Source: an uncultured Candidatus Peribacteria bacterium (GTDB taxonomy: Bacteria > Patescibacteriota > Gracilibacteria > Peribacterales > Peribacteraceae). From it: a stretch of 64,000 bases of DNA. This document shows, in pieces, positions 9,227 to 16,461 of this stretch. The first letter of the stretch is position 1, and each line of letters starts with the position of its first letter. Location: contig CAYOFI010000004.1 of NCBI GenBank assembly GCA_964403335.1, forward strand, positions 36,566 through 100,565, read 5' to 3'. The translations under genes were made by a program, and so were the position numbers. The notes beneath the pieces are model-generated. The model was not told the DNA's origin. It did not search any database and saw only the letters and a list, made by a program, of their open reading frames with translations.

Positions 9227-9634
9227 TTATGCGTTGCAAAACACGTGCATCGCGTCTCTCATGAACAGAGCGAGTCCCGGGCGGTACTTGTTAAAGTACT
9301 GCCCGAAGCGCTCGTCAGCCGCGTACATGTCTCCCAGGCCCCTGTACATTTCTTTGTTCGGTTCGTAGAAAGCGCGAAGCCCCGCGTAGTGTTGGGCGAT
9401 CAATGCTTGCACGTCCGGATCCGCCGGATCTTTGTCGGCGACAGCGGCGATCTTTTTCATCAGCACGTCGCCTTCCTGACTGATGCGTTCGAAGTCCGCT
9501 TTGGACATTTTTGCGACGCGCTTTTGCGATTCCTTGTACGCGTCGGTGTGCCCCCAGCGCTGCTTGGCCTCTTCTTCGTAGGGATTGGGCGGGATGAAAT
9601 CTTTGCCGACGGTGTCGTCATGTGGAGTGGTCAT
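9227..9634 (-). CDS. TipAS antibiotic-recognition domain protein (stand-alone)
   Basis: QRWGHTDAYKESQKRVAKMSKADFERI...IAQHYAGLRAFYEPNKEMYRGLGDMYAADERFGQYF. The start is set at the ATG at 9634, after the upstream stop. Confidence 0.75.
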   Translation of the reverse strand: MTTPHDDTVGKDFIPPNPYEEEAKQRWGHTDAYKESQKRVAKMSKADFERISQEGDVLMKKIAAVADKDPADPDVQALIAQHYAGLRAFYEPNKEMYRGLGDMYAADERFGQYFNKYRPGLALFMRDAMHVFCNA

Positions 9635-9653
9635 ATGTACGCACTCTAAAGCC

Positions 9654-10301
9654 TCACGCCACGGGAGGGTCAAGAGGCAATTGTACCTGTTCGATCAAGC
9701 CGATCCTGTGAAGCTGATCATCGTGTTTGCGGAAGATCCACTGCATATGCGTATACGCCCCGCCGTCGACAAGCAGACGCAGCACGTGTTCGCGCAAAAA
9801 ATTGTTGAACGTATAGACTTCTGCGGGTGAGCCGAGTTTTTCAAACAGAAACGGAGAGGTCACCGGACGATCATCTTTGCTGCCGGACGGGGCCGTAAAC
9901 ATGTTATTGCTGATGATGTGAAATCTCCCGGAGGGGAGGGCTGCCAGGACACGCGGGTCCGTGAGGTCCGCAGTGATTGCCGTGAAGGGTTCGCCGTCAT
10001 TGGGAGCGATATCGATACCCGTCGCATCCATCCCCGCGAATGCCGCCAGGCGCAGATAGCGGGGAACGAATTCCCTTGGCGGATGGAGGGGGAACACGAG
10101 CCGCGCCCAGTGCGGAGTATTGTCTTTTCCTTTCTTGGACCCGCATCCCAGATCCAAAACGCATTTGCCAATCAACTGCCGCACGTCCGCGCATGCCGCC
10201 TGCAAGCGTACCGCGCACGTCGCCACTGCGTCCGCCCGATCCGCATGGATCTCCACATACCTCTCCACAAGTTCTTGGTATCCCGCATGCAACAGACTCA
10301 T
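9654..10301 (-). CDS. Putative class I SAM-dependent methyltransferase
   Basis: It has motif I VLDLGCGSKKG. The rest is unrecognised. Confidence 0.5.
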   Translation of the reverse strand: MSLLHAGYQELVERYVEIHADRADAVATCAVRLQAACADVRQLIGKCVLDLGCGSKKGKDNTPHWARLVFPLHPPREFVPRYLRLAAFAGMDATGIDIAPNDGEPFTAITADLTDPRVLAALPSGRFHIISNNMFTAPSGSKDDRPVTSPFLFEKLGSPAEVYTFNNFLREHVLRLLVDGGAYTHMQWIFRKHDDQLHRIGLIEQVQLPLDPPVA

Positions 10302-10339
10302 GCGCGTATATAAATATATTCTTGATTGCCGGTCAATAT

Positions 10340-10921
10340 TCAGTGTCTATGCTCTGATTTGCGCTCTATCCTGCGGTCCGGAATGAACCACATGCCGGCG
10401 ACCAGCACGTAGAATGCGATGGAAATCCACGGGTTGGCCCAGGCCAGGAAGATCGCGAACAAATACAGGACGATCGACAGTTTGCCTTTGTAATCCCGGC
10501 CCACCGCTTCGCGCAAGTGCGCGTTCGGCCCGCCGTGGGCGATGATGGAAATTTGCAGGAAGGAATAGGCGACGGCCGTGAGCGCCAGGACCACGCCGTA
10601 TGCCGCGGTCGAGAGGGGCGCGATGCCGTTTTCCGTCAGCCACGCCGTGGTGAACGGAACCAGCGACAGCCAGAAGAGCAGATGCATGTTGGCCCACAAA
10701 ATGCGGCCGTCCACGTGGTCCGCCGCGTGCAGCATATGGTGATGATTGTTCCAGTAGATTCCCAAATAGATGAAGCTGAGCACGTAGGCCAGCAAGACGG
10801 GCAGGACGGGTTCCAGCGCGTGCAGATCCGTCCCGTGCGGGATGGGCAATTCCAACACCATGATGGTGATGAGGATGGCGATCACGCCGTCACTGAATGT
10901 TTCCAAGCGGGTTTTTTGCAT
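10340..10921 (-). CDS. TMEM175/DUF1211 family potassium channel
   Basis: RLETFSDGVIAILITIMVLEL signature at the N-terminus and six TM helices. Confidence 0.85.
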   Translation of the reverse strand: MQKTRLETFSDGVIAILITIMVLELPIPHGTDLHALEPVLPVLLAYVLSFIYLGIYWNNHHHMLHAADHVDGRILWANMHLLFWLSLVPFTTAWLTENGIAPLSTAAYGVVLALTAVAYSFLQISIIAHGGPNAHLREAVGRDYKGKLSIVLYLFAIFLAWANPWISIAFYVLVAGMWFIPDRRIERKSEHRH

Positions 10922-10943
10922 GCGCCGAGCATAGCTGCTCCCG

Positions 10944-11276
10944 TTATGTTTTCCAGCAGCAGGGTTGCTTGCACTTGGTGCAGTACTGTTCGCCGTATTC
11001 GTGTGCGTCGCCCGTGACGCACGTGGCGTCGCAGCATTCTGACCGGATGAGCGCGCGCAGATCGACGGAGAGGGACCGGCGCTGGCTGGGCAGCGCGTGC
11101 TGGGCGCAATACTGCTTCCCCTGCGTGGCTTTGCCGCATCCCGCCACCAGGCATGTTTCGTAGTGTTTTTGCATGGTGAAGACGGGGAGGTGTCCGCGGA
11201 AATAGGCGGCCGTCTGACCGTACTCCGGTTCGCGCGGAATCCCTATGAAAAGAATACTTTTCTTTTTTTCGCTCAT
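10944..11276 (-). CDS. Hypothetical Cys-rich protein (110 aa)
   Basis: The ORF lies directly upstream of the TMEM175 gene on the same strand. It has 11 Cys arranged as CxxxxC, CC..C and C..C....CC. Confidence 0.4.
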   Translation of the reverse strand: MSEKKKSILFIGIPREPEYGQTAAYFRGHLPVFTMQKHYETCLVAGCGKATQGKQYCAQHALPSQRRSLSVDLRALIRSECCDATCVTGDAHEYGEQYCTKCKQPCCWKT

Positions 11277-11363
11277 TCTTGGCGGAAATGCTCGCTATAT
11301 GTCCTAAAAAAAGGTAGCATCACCTGTCTTTTAGACACTTTTACCTATTTCTACCCAGTCAGT

Positions 11364-11570
11364 ATGGCAACAGGCACCATCAAGACGAAGACAGATAAGG
11401 GCTTCGGTTTTATTTCCGTCGAAGGATCGGACGATGTGTTCTTCCATCACAGCGCCTGCAACGGTCAGTATGAGAACCTGCAGATCGGTCAGACCGTGCA
11501 GTTCGACATGGAAGCGGGCCAGAAGGGTCCCAAGGCCGCCAACGTGGTCGCAGTGGAGGGCGCAATGTAA
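11364..11570 (+). CDS. Cold-shock protein (CspA family)
   Basis: MATGTIKTKTDKGFGFISVEGSDDVFFHHS... carries the RNP1/RNP2-like motifs. The ATG at 11364 lies inside the longer tracked ORF. Confidence 0.9.
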   Translation: MATGTIKTKTDKGFGFISVEGSDDVFFHHSACNGQYENLQIGQTVQFDMEAGQKGPKAANVVAVEGAM

Positions 11571-11587
11571 TTTGCCTCTTAACAGCC

Positions 11588-11627
11588 AAAATCCCGTGTC
11601 TGCCTCCGGCAGCGCGGGATTTTGTTT
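11588..11627 (+). terminator. Rho-independent terminator after csp
   Basis: aaaatcccgtgtctgcc-tcc-ggcagcgcgggatttt is followed by gttt. Confidence 0.75.
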
Positions 11628-11638
11628 ATACTTCAGGT

Positions 11639-11980
11639 ATGTCCCCCCTCTACGACGTCGCCCACCTCGCCTGCACGCCGCAGCAATTGCGGGAGGGATT
11701 CAAGTTCATCGTGACGGAGAATGAGACGGGGCACTATCGCTTCTACGCCGATGCCAGTCAGCGCCTGCACATCCACATCCGCCAGGCGATGCAGAATGCG
11801 GGAAAGTTGGCGGATGATGAACGCGTGATCGGCGGGGGATGGATGCACAGCGACGAACACTCAATGCTCGTTTTGCATGCGGAATCAAATCGTTTCGGGC
11901 AGGAGCCCCCGGAGGTGCGCGAAGCATTCCGGCCGCTCGTGATCGTGAAGTTGCGGGAGATGGGAATAGAGGTGGAGTAA
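11639..11980 (+). CDS. Hypothetical protein (113 aa)
   Basis: Clean ORF with coding-like composition and no recognised domain. Confidence 0.5.
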   Translation: MSPLYDVAHLACTPQQLREGFKFIVTENETGHYRFYADASQRLHIHIRQAMQNAGKLADDERVIGGGWMHSDEHSMLVLHAESNRFGQEPPEVREAFRPLVIVKLREMGIEVE

Positions 11981-12032
11981 AAACTCGGTGATTCTCTGAA
12001 CGATACCGACGTATGCGATATGCTCGTTTGGT

Positions 12033-13070
12033 ATGCAGCGCTTCCTCTCCGTCGTCATTTTTTCATCTTTGCTTGCATCGTGCGCGTCTGTTCCCAATTC
12101 CGGTGAAGGCGGATCATCCCTCTCCGAAGCGGGAGAAGTACAATCAGCAAGCAGTGCATCGTCATCGAAGTCCGTCGAATCGGTCGCAGGTTCTTCCGCA
12201 CATGCGGTGTCGATCTTGTCTTTGCTGCAGAAAAATTTCCAAGGGAGCGATTTGCAATTGGGCGCCGTTCAGGCGAATAACTCCGCATATACGCGCTACA
12301 CCATCACGTACAAAAGCGGCGATCTGCGCATCAGCGGCATCCTCAATCTGCCCAAAGGCGACGGGCCGTTTCCGCTCCTCATCCTCAATCACGGCTATAT
12401 CGATCCCGCCATTTACACGAACGGTCGCGGCCTCAAGCGCGAACAGGATTATTTGGCGCGCCAGGGATATGCCGTATTGCATACCGATTACCGCAATCAC
12501 GCCGCTTCGGATGATGATCCGGACACGGAACTGAACTTCCGGATGGGCTACGTGGAAGATTCCATCAACGCGATCCTCGCCGTCCGGTCCAGCGACTTGA
12601 AACAGATCGATACGGAGCGCGTCGGAATGCTGGGACACTCCATGGGCGGAGGCGTGACGTTATCGGCTTTGCTTGCGCGTCCGGACCTGATCGATGCGGC
12701 AGTCTTCTTCGCGCCCGTGAGCGGCGACGCGCGGCTCAATTATCGGAAATGGACCGAGGGCAATTCGTCACGCGCGGCCGCCATCAAAGCTGCGTACGGG
12801 TCACCCGAAGAGAATCCGGAATTCTGGGATGGGGTCTCGGCGCTCACGTATCTTGATCGTATCGAAGCCCCCGTGATGATCCATCACGGCATAGCCGATG
12901 ACTCCGTGCCCGTGGAGTGGTCGGAAGATTTGGATGCGCGATTGCGCGCTGCGGGAAAAGACACGACTCTGCACATCTACCTCAATGAGCCGCATGAATT
13001 CATCAAGGCCTGGGGGCAGGTGATGCAGCGGACGACGCAGTTCTTTGACGGCAATCTGCAGAACGACTGA
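12033..13070 (+). CDS. Alpha/beta hydrolase lipoprotein (S9 peptidase / dienelactone hydrolase-like)
   Basis: It has a lipobox LLASC, a nucleophile elbow GMLGHSMGGG, and HHGIADDSVP near the C-terminus. Confidence 0.8.
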   Translation: MQRFLSVVIFSSLLASCASVPNSGEGGSSLSEAGEVQSASSASSSKSVESVAGSSAHAVSILSLLQKNFQGSDLQLGAVQANNSAYTRYTITYKSGDLRISGILNLPKGDGPFPLLILNHGYIDPAIYTNGRGLKREQDYLARQGYAVLHTDYRNHAASDDDPDTELNFRMGYVEDSINAILAVRSSDLKQIDTERVGMLGHSMGGGVTLSALLARPDLIDAAVFFAPVSGDARLNYRKWTEGNSSRAAAIKAAYGSPEENPEFWDGVSALTYLDRIEAPVMIHHGIADDSVPVEWSEDLDARLRAAGKDTTLHIYLNEPHEFIKAWGQVMQRTTQFFDGNLQND

Positions 13071-13073
13071 TCG

Positions 13074-13670
13074 TCACGTCGCGCTCTGCATCAGCGGCAC
13101 GCCGAACACGGCGGGGCGGCGGTCTTCGGTGCACAGGTTGTTATCGACCGGGCGTTCGCCCAGCCACAACTTTCCGCTTTCCACTTTCACGATGTCATAT
13201 TCCTGTCCGCAGGTTTTGACGGAGGGAATGAATGAGCATCCCGTCTCGGAAATATCGCTCTCTTCATTCGTCACCAATCCGCAGGTATCCATCGCCATTT
13301 CGGCAAGCACGCCGGCATCGTCCGTCAGCGGCGTCAAAAACTTGTGCGAAAAACGGAAGACGGCGTTGCGGGCTCCCGGAAGCAGCGACGACGATGCTCC
13401 TTGCAATTCATACGTGCCTTGGAATTCCGTGGTGAACACGGGCTTCGTCAGTTCTTTGTCCGTGTAGAGCGTGAAGAGCATGTCCCATACGCCATCATTG
13501 ATGGCCAGCTCGCGCGTGCCGAACGTGCCATTCCCCAGATCTTCCGCGCCTTCGCTCACCCAAAATCCGGTCAGGCCGTCGGATGGCGTGTCGGTTTCCG
13601 GAATGGACGCGAAACATGCCGTCAGGGTCAGAAGGGCAGCGGCGCACGGGACGAGCAGTCGTTTGTTCAT
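13074..13670 (-). CDS. Hypothetical lipoprotein
   Basis: MNKRLLVPCAAALLTLTAC is a signal peptide with a lipobox. The start is set at the ATG at 13670. Confidence 0.65.
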   Translation of the reverse strand: MNKRLLVPCAAALLTLTACFASIPETDTPSDGLTGFWVSEGAEDLGNGTFGTRELAINDGVWDMLFTLYTDKELTKPVFTTEFQGTYELQGASSSLLPGARNAVFRFSHKFLTPLTDDAGVLAEMAMDTCGLVTNEESDISETGCSFIPSVKTCGQEYDIVKVESGKLWLGERPVDNNLCTEDRRPAVFGVPLMQSAT

Positions 13671-13796
13671 GAGGCACGGGGAAAAGCGGGGCGAGTATAC
13701 AGAGGGAACAAGCGGCAAACATCCGTGTGTGTCTGAAAGAGCTTTCCCTCCCCCGAGCAGCAGTCTGCCCAGGGGGAGGGACAAGCAGACGTCTTC

Positions 13797-13988
13797 TTAC
13801 CAGCACCAGCTAAAGCACCAATCCCAGCAGGAGAAAACCCAGCTCCAGCAGGAGTTGTCACTCCAGTTGCTGTGCGAAGACCAAGAGGACTTCATAGAAA
13901 TAAAAGGGAAAGAGAAAGTAAGGAAACTCCCGAAATCATACGCAGAAGTGTTCACGTGTCCACGAACAGAACTTTTCTGGGTCAACAT
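13797..13988 (-). CDS. Candidate small protein with an extremely Trp/Cys/Ser-rich C-terminal half
   Basis: The 63-aa ORF ends ...MKSSWSSHSNWSDNSCWSWVFSCWDWCFSWCW. It has 8 in-phase TGG codons, and a TATAGC -10-like hexamer lies 8 nt upstream of the ATG. Confidence 0.3.
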   Translation of the reverse strand: MLTQKSSVRGHVNTSAYDFGSFLTFSFPFISMKSSWSSHSNWSDNSCWSWVFSCWDWCFSWCW

Positions 13989-14032
13989 TTGCGTACGCTA
14001 TATGCTGAGAAAAAGAAGAGTAGACTTCCTGC

Positions 14033-14278
14033 ATGCGCGACACGGAACACATGGAAAGTGAATTGGCCGATATCCAGAAAAAACTGCAGACACATGCGCA
14101 AATGCTCGCGGAGCTCCACGCACAACAGAAAGCTTTTTCGATGCCGCGCAAAAGCGGCGGACTGCATTGGAAAGTGATGCTGGTCGTTGCCGTTGTTGTC
14201 CTGGCGGTTGGCAGTTACGGCGCGTATCAATATTATCTCGTCCTTCAATCGATCATCGATCAGTATCCGCATTCGTAA
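14033..14278 (+). CDS. Hypothetical small membrane protein (81 aa)
   Basis: A coiled N-terminus is followed by a single TM segment, WKVMLVVAVVVLAVGSYGAYQYY. Confidence 0.45.
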   Translation: MRDTEHMESELADIQKKLQTHAQMLAELHAQQKAFSMPRKSGGLHWKVMLVVAVVVLAVGSYGAYQYYLVLQSIIDQYPHS

Positions 14279-14294
14279 ATCCACGCGTCGATGG

Positions 14295-14356
14295 TTACTC
14301 GACCCACCCCACTACGCTCTGCGGAGCTTCGCGGGGCAAGCTCCTTACTCGACCCA
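14295..14356. repeat. 38-nt hairpin insert flanked by a 12-bp direct repeat (TTACTCGACCCA)
   Basis: ttactcgaccca occurs at 14295-14306 and 14345-14356. The insert contains ggagctt-cgcggggc-aagctcc. The second copy encodes the rlmI C-terminus WVE plus the stop codon. Confidence 0.8.
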
Positions 14357-15520
14357 GAGCAGCATACTTTTCAAATAGTCCGCTTCCGGATGATAGAGGT
14401 TCACGGGGTGATCGATCGCATGACGATGGCGCTGCAGGATGCGCACGTTTCTTTTTGCCTGGCGCGCGGCGTGGAAGACGACGGTTTGGAAGAGCTGCGT
14501 GTCCATCTGGTACGAACATGAGCACGTGAGCAGCAGTCCGCCGGGCGGCAGCGCCTGGAGCCCCAATCTGTTGAGATCGGTGTAGGCTTTTTTGGCTTGT
14601 TCGATGTCGCTGGACCGCTTGGCGAACGCCGGCGGGTCCAACACGATGAAGTCGTAGCTGCGCGGGAGGGGATTGCGCAGGAAGTGGAAGACATCTTGGA
14701 CGTGAAAATCGAAACGATCGTCGGCGATGCCATTGAGGCGCATGTTTTCCCGCGCACGGTCTTTGGCCGCGGCATCGTAATCCACCGCGTCGGCATGCAG
14801 GGCTCCGCCCATCAATGCCGAGAGCGAGAAGCCTCCGACGTAACTGCAACAGTCCAGCACGCTGCGATCCTTCGCGAACGTCCGCACCAGCGAACGCATC
14901 TCGCGCTGATCCAGGAACAATCCGGTTTTCTGGCTGCCTTCCAGGCGGATCTGATACTTCAGTCCGCGCTCCGTGACGAGAAAATCATCGTTCTTCTCTC
15001 CGGCGATCCATCCTTCTTTGCCTTCTAGACCTTCCTTCTTCCGCGCGGGACCCGTTGATTTTTCGAAGACCGCTTTTGGCTTCACGACCGTCATCAGCAG
15101 ATCCGTGACCCATTCGCGCAGCTTGTCCATGCCCAAAGTCGTGAGCTGGATCACGACCACATCGCCGTATTGGTCGACGATGAGTCCGGGCACTCCGTCG
15201 CCTTCGGCGTTGACCAGACGGAAGGCGGTGGTGTCCTCGTTCGCGAAAAAATTTGCGCGGAGTGCGATCGACCGCGTGATGGTCTTGGCTAGGAATTCCA
15301 TCGGGTCGCCTTTCTCAAAGGAAATCGCGCGGGCGCAGATGTAGGCCTGCGAGTTGTAGGTCGCGTAGCACAAGAATTCCTTCGCGGCGGACTGCACCTC
15401 CACGATCCCGCCGTCTTCGGTTTGGGCAAAGTGCATCACTGCGTTGCGGAAGATCGCGGGGTGGCGGTTCTTTAAGTGGATCTCATTGCCGGGCTTGAGG
15501 GTCAAAACGGGGTATGTCAT
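14345..15520 (-). CDS. rlmI: 23S rRNA (cytosine-C5)-methyltransferase RlmI-like (PUA + class I SAM MTase)
   Basis: MTYPVLTLKPGNEIHLKNRHPAIF..., VLDCCSYVGGFSLSA, DFIVLDPPAFAK, LLLTCSCS. The start is the ATG at 15520. Confidence 0.85.
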   Translation of the reverse strand: MTYPVLTLKPGNEIHLKNRHPAIFRNAVMHFAQTEDGGIVEVQSAAKEFLCYATYNSQAYICARAISFEKGDPMEFLAKTITRSIALRANFFANEDTTAFRLVNAEGDGVPGLIVDQYGDVVVIQLTTLGMDKLREWVTDLLMTVVKPKAVFEKSTGPARKKEGLEGKEGWIAGEKNDDFLVTERGLKYQIRLEGSQKTGLFLDQREMRSLVRTFAKDRSVLDCCSYVGGFSLSALMGGALHADAVDYDAAAKDRARENMRLNGIADDRFDFHVQDVFHFLRNPLPRSYDFIVLDPPAFAKRSSDIEQAKKAYTDLNRLGLQALPPGGLLLTCSCSYQMDTQLFQTVVFHAARQAKRNVRILQRHRHAIDHPVNLYHPEADYLKSMLLWVE

Positions 15521-15576
15521 GGCGACAAAGAATAGCAGATTGTGGCTTGCTGTGCAGCAAGAAAAGCTGTCGTGGT

Positions 15577-15628
15577 GAGCTTGTCGAACCATGACAGCGG
15601 GGTATGCCCGTCACCCTTCGACAAGCTC
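15577..15628. repeat. REP-like palindrome (gagcttgtcgaa / ttcgacaagctc)
   Basis: A perfect 12-bp inverted repeat with a 28-nt loop overlaps the stop codon of the MerR gene. It translates to the widespread 'FDKLR' pseudo-peptide. Confidence 0.8.
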
Positions 15629-16367
15629 AGGGTGACATGCCTTTCATCGCCTTCCCGATGTACTCCTGCATCTCTTTGCCCGGCCCGCCGAATTGCGTAC
15701 TCATGTCGGGATTCTCTTCGTACATCTTCTTCATGCGCGCTTCGACTTCCGGATTCCCTTGGGTGAATGACTGCACAAGAGCCATCCATGTTTTGGCAAG
15801 TTTCCGGACGCGCGGATGTGTCGGCTTCGTCCCCGCATCCATCTCTTTCTGAACATCTGCTATCAGCGTCTGCCAGTCATTCTCTGCTGCGACGATTGCA
15901 TCACGGCCGAGTTCTTTCCGTCGAGTCTTGAATGTTTCGAGCATTTCCGGCGTGTAATAGCACTCGACTCTGTGCATCAGTTCCATCACCTGTGTCAGCT
16001 CTTCCATCGTGATCTCGTGCTTGCGCGCTTTGCTCAATCGCAAGAGTCCGTCGAGGCGTTCCAGCAGATCTTCCTCCAGCGCCAGATGCTCACGCAGTTT
16101 TCCGATCTGCATCGCAATCACGCTCTCCAGTGAAAACTGTGGATTGCCCATGCTCTCTTTGATTTGCTCCAGGGGAAATCCCATCTGCTTGAGCGAGAGG
16201 ATGATCTGTAATTTGCGAAGATCCGACGTCGAATACAGGCGATATCCTGCAGGGCTCCTGTGCGAAGGGATCAGTAGCTTGAGCTCTTCATAATGATGCA
16301 GAGTGCGGACGGTCAGGCCGGTCTTTTTGGCGAGTTCGCCGACTTTCCAGTTTGTCGTATCAGTCAT
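15627..16367 (-). CDS. MerR family transcriptional regulator with a TipAS C-terminal domain (TipAL-like)
   Basis: WKVGELAKKTGLTVRTLHHYEELKLLIPSHRSPAGYRLYSTSDLRKLQIILSLKQMGFPLEQIK, followed by a TipAS-like C-terminus. Confidence 0.9.
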   Translation of the reverse strand: MTDTTNWKVGELAKKTGLTVRTLHHYEELKLLIPSHRSPAGYRLYSTSDLRKLQIILSLKQMGFPLEQIKESMGNPQFSLESVIAMQIGKLREHLALEEDLLERLDGLLRLSKARKHEITMEELTQVMELMHRVECYYTPEMLETFKTRRKELGRDAIVAAENDWQTLIADVQKEMDAGTKPTHPRVRKLAKTWMALVQSFTQGNPEVEARMKKMYEENPDMSTQFGGPGKEMQEYIGKAMKGMSP

Positions 16368-16373
16368 ATGTTG

Positions 16374-16404
16374 ATCTTAAACCCTAACGTTACGTTAGGG
16401 TAAA
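16374..16404 (-). promoter_or_regulatory. MerR-type promoter/operator: -35 TTTACC, 19-nt spacer with a palindrome, -10 TAAGAT
   Basis: A 21-bp palindrome accctaacgt-t-acgttagggt (16381-16401) sits between the hexamers. The -10 hexamer ends 6 nt before the ATG. Confidence 0.65.
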
Positions 16405-16461
16405 GGGATTTCTCGTGCAAACAGGTCGAATTGTGCTTTTTCAAGCACGGTCTGCCAAAAG

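Noticed and set aside
13471-14061. 196-aa plus-strand ORF, and the 101-aa ORF at 13872-14177
   Set aside because: The first overlaps the lipoprotein gene in antisense. The Pro/Ala stretch would need the unusual CCA codon repeatedly, which is better read as TGG on the other strand.
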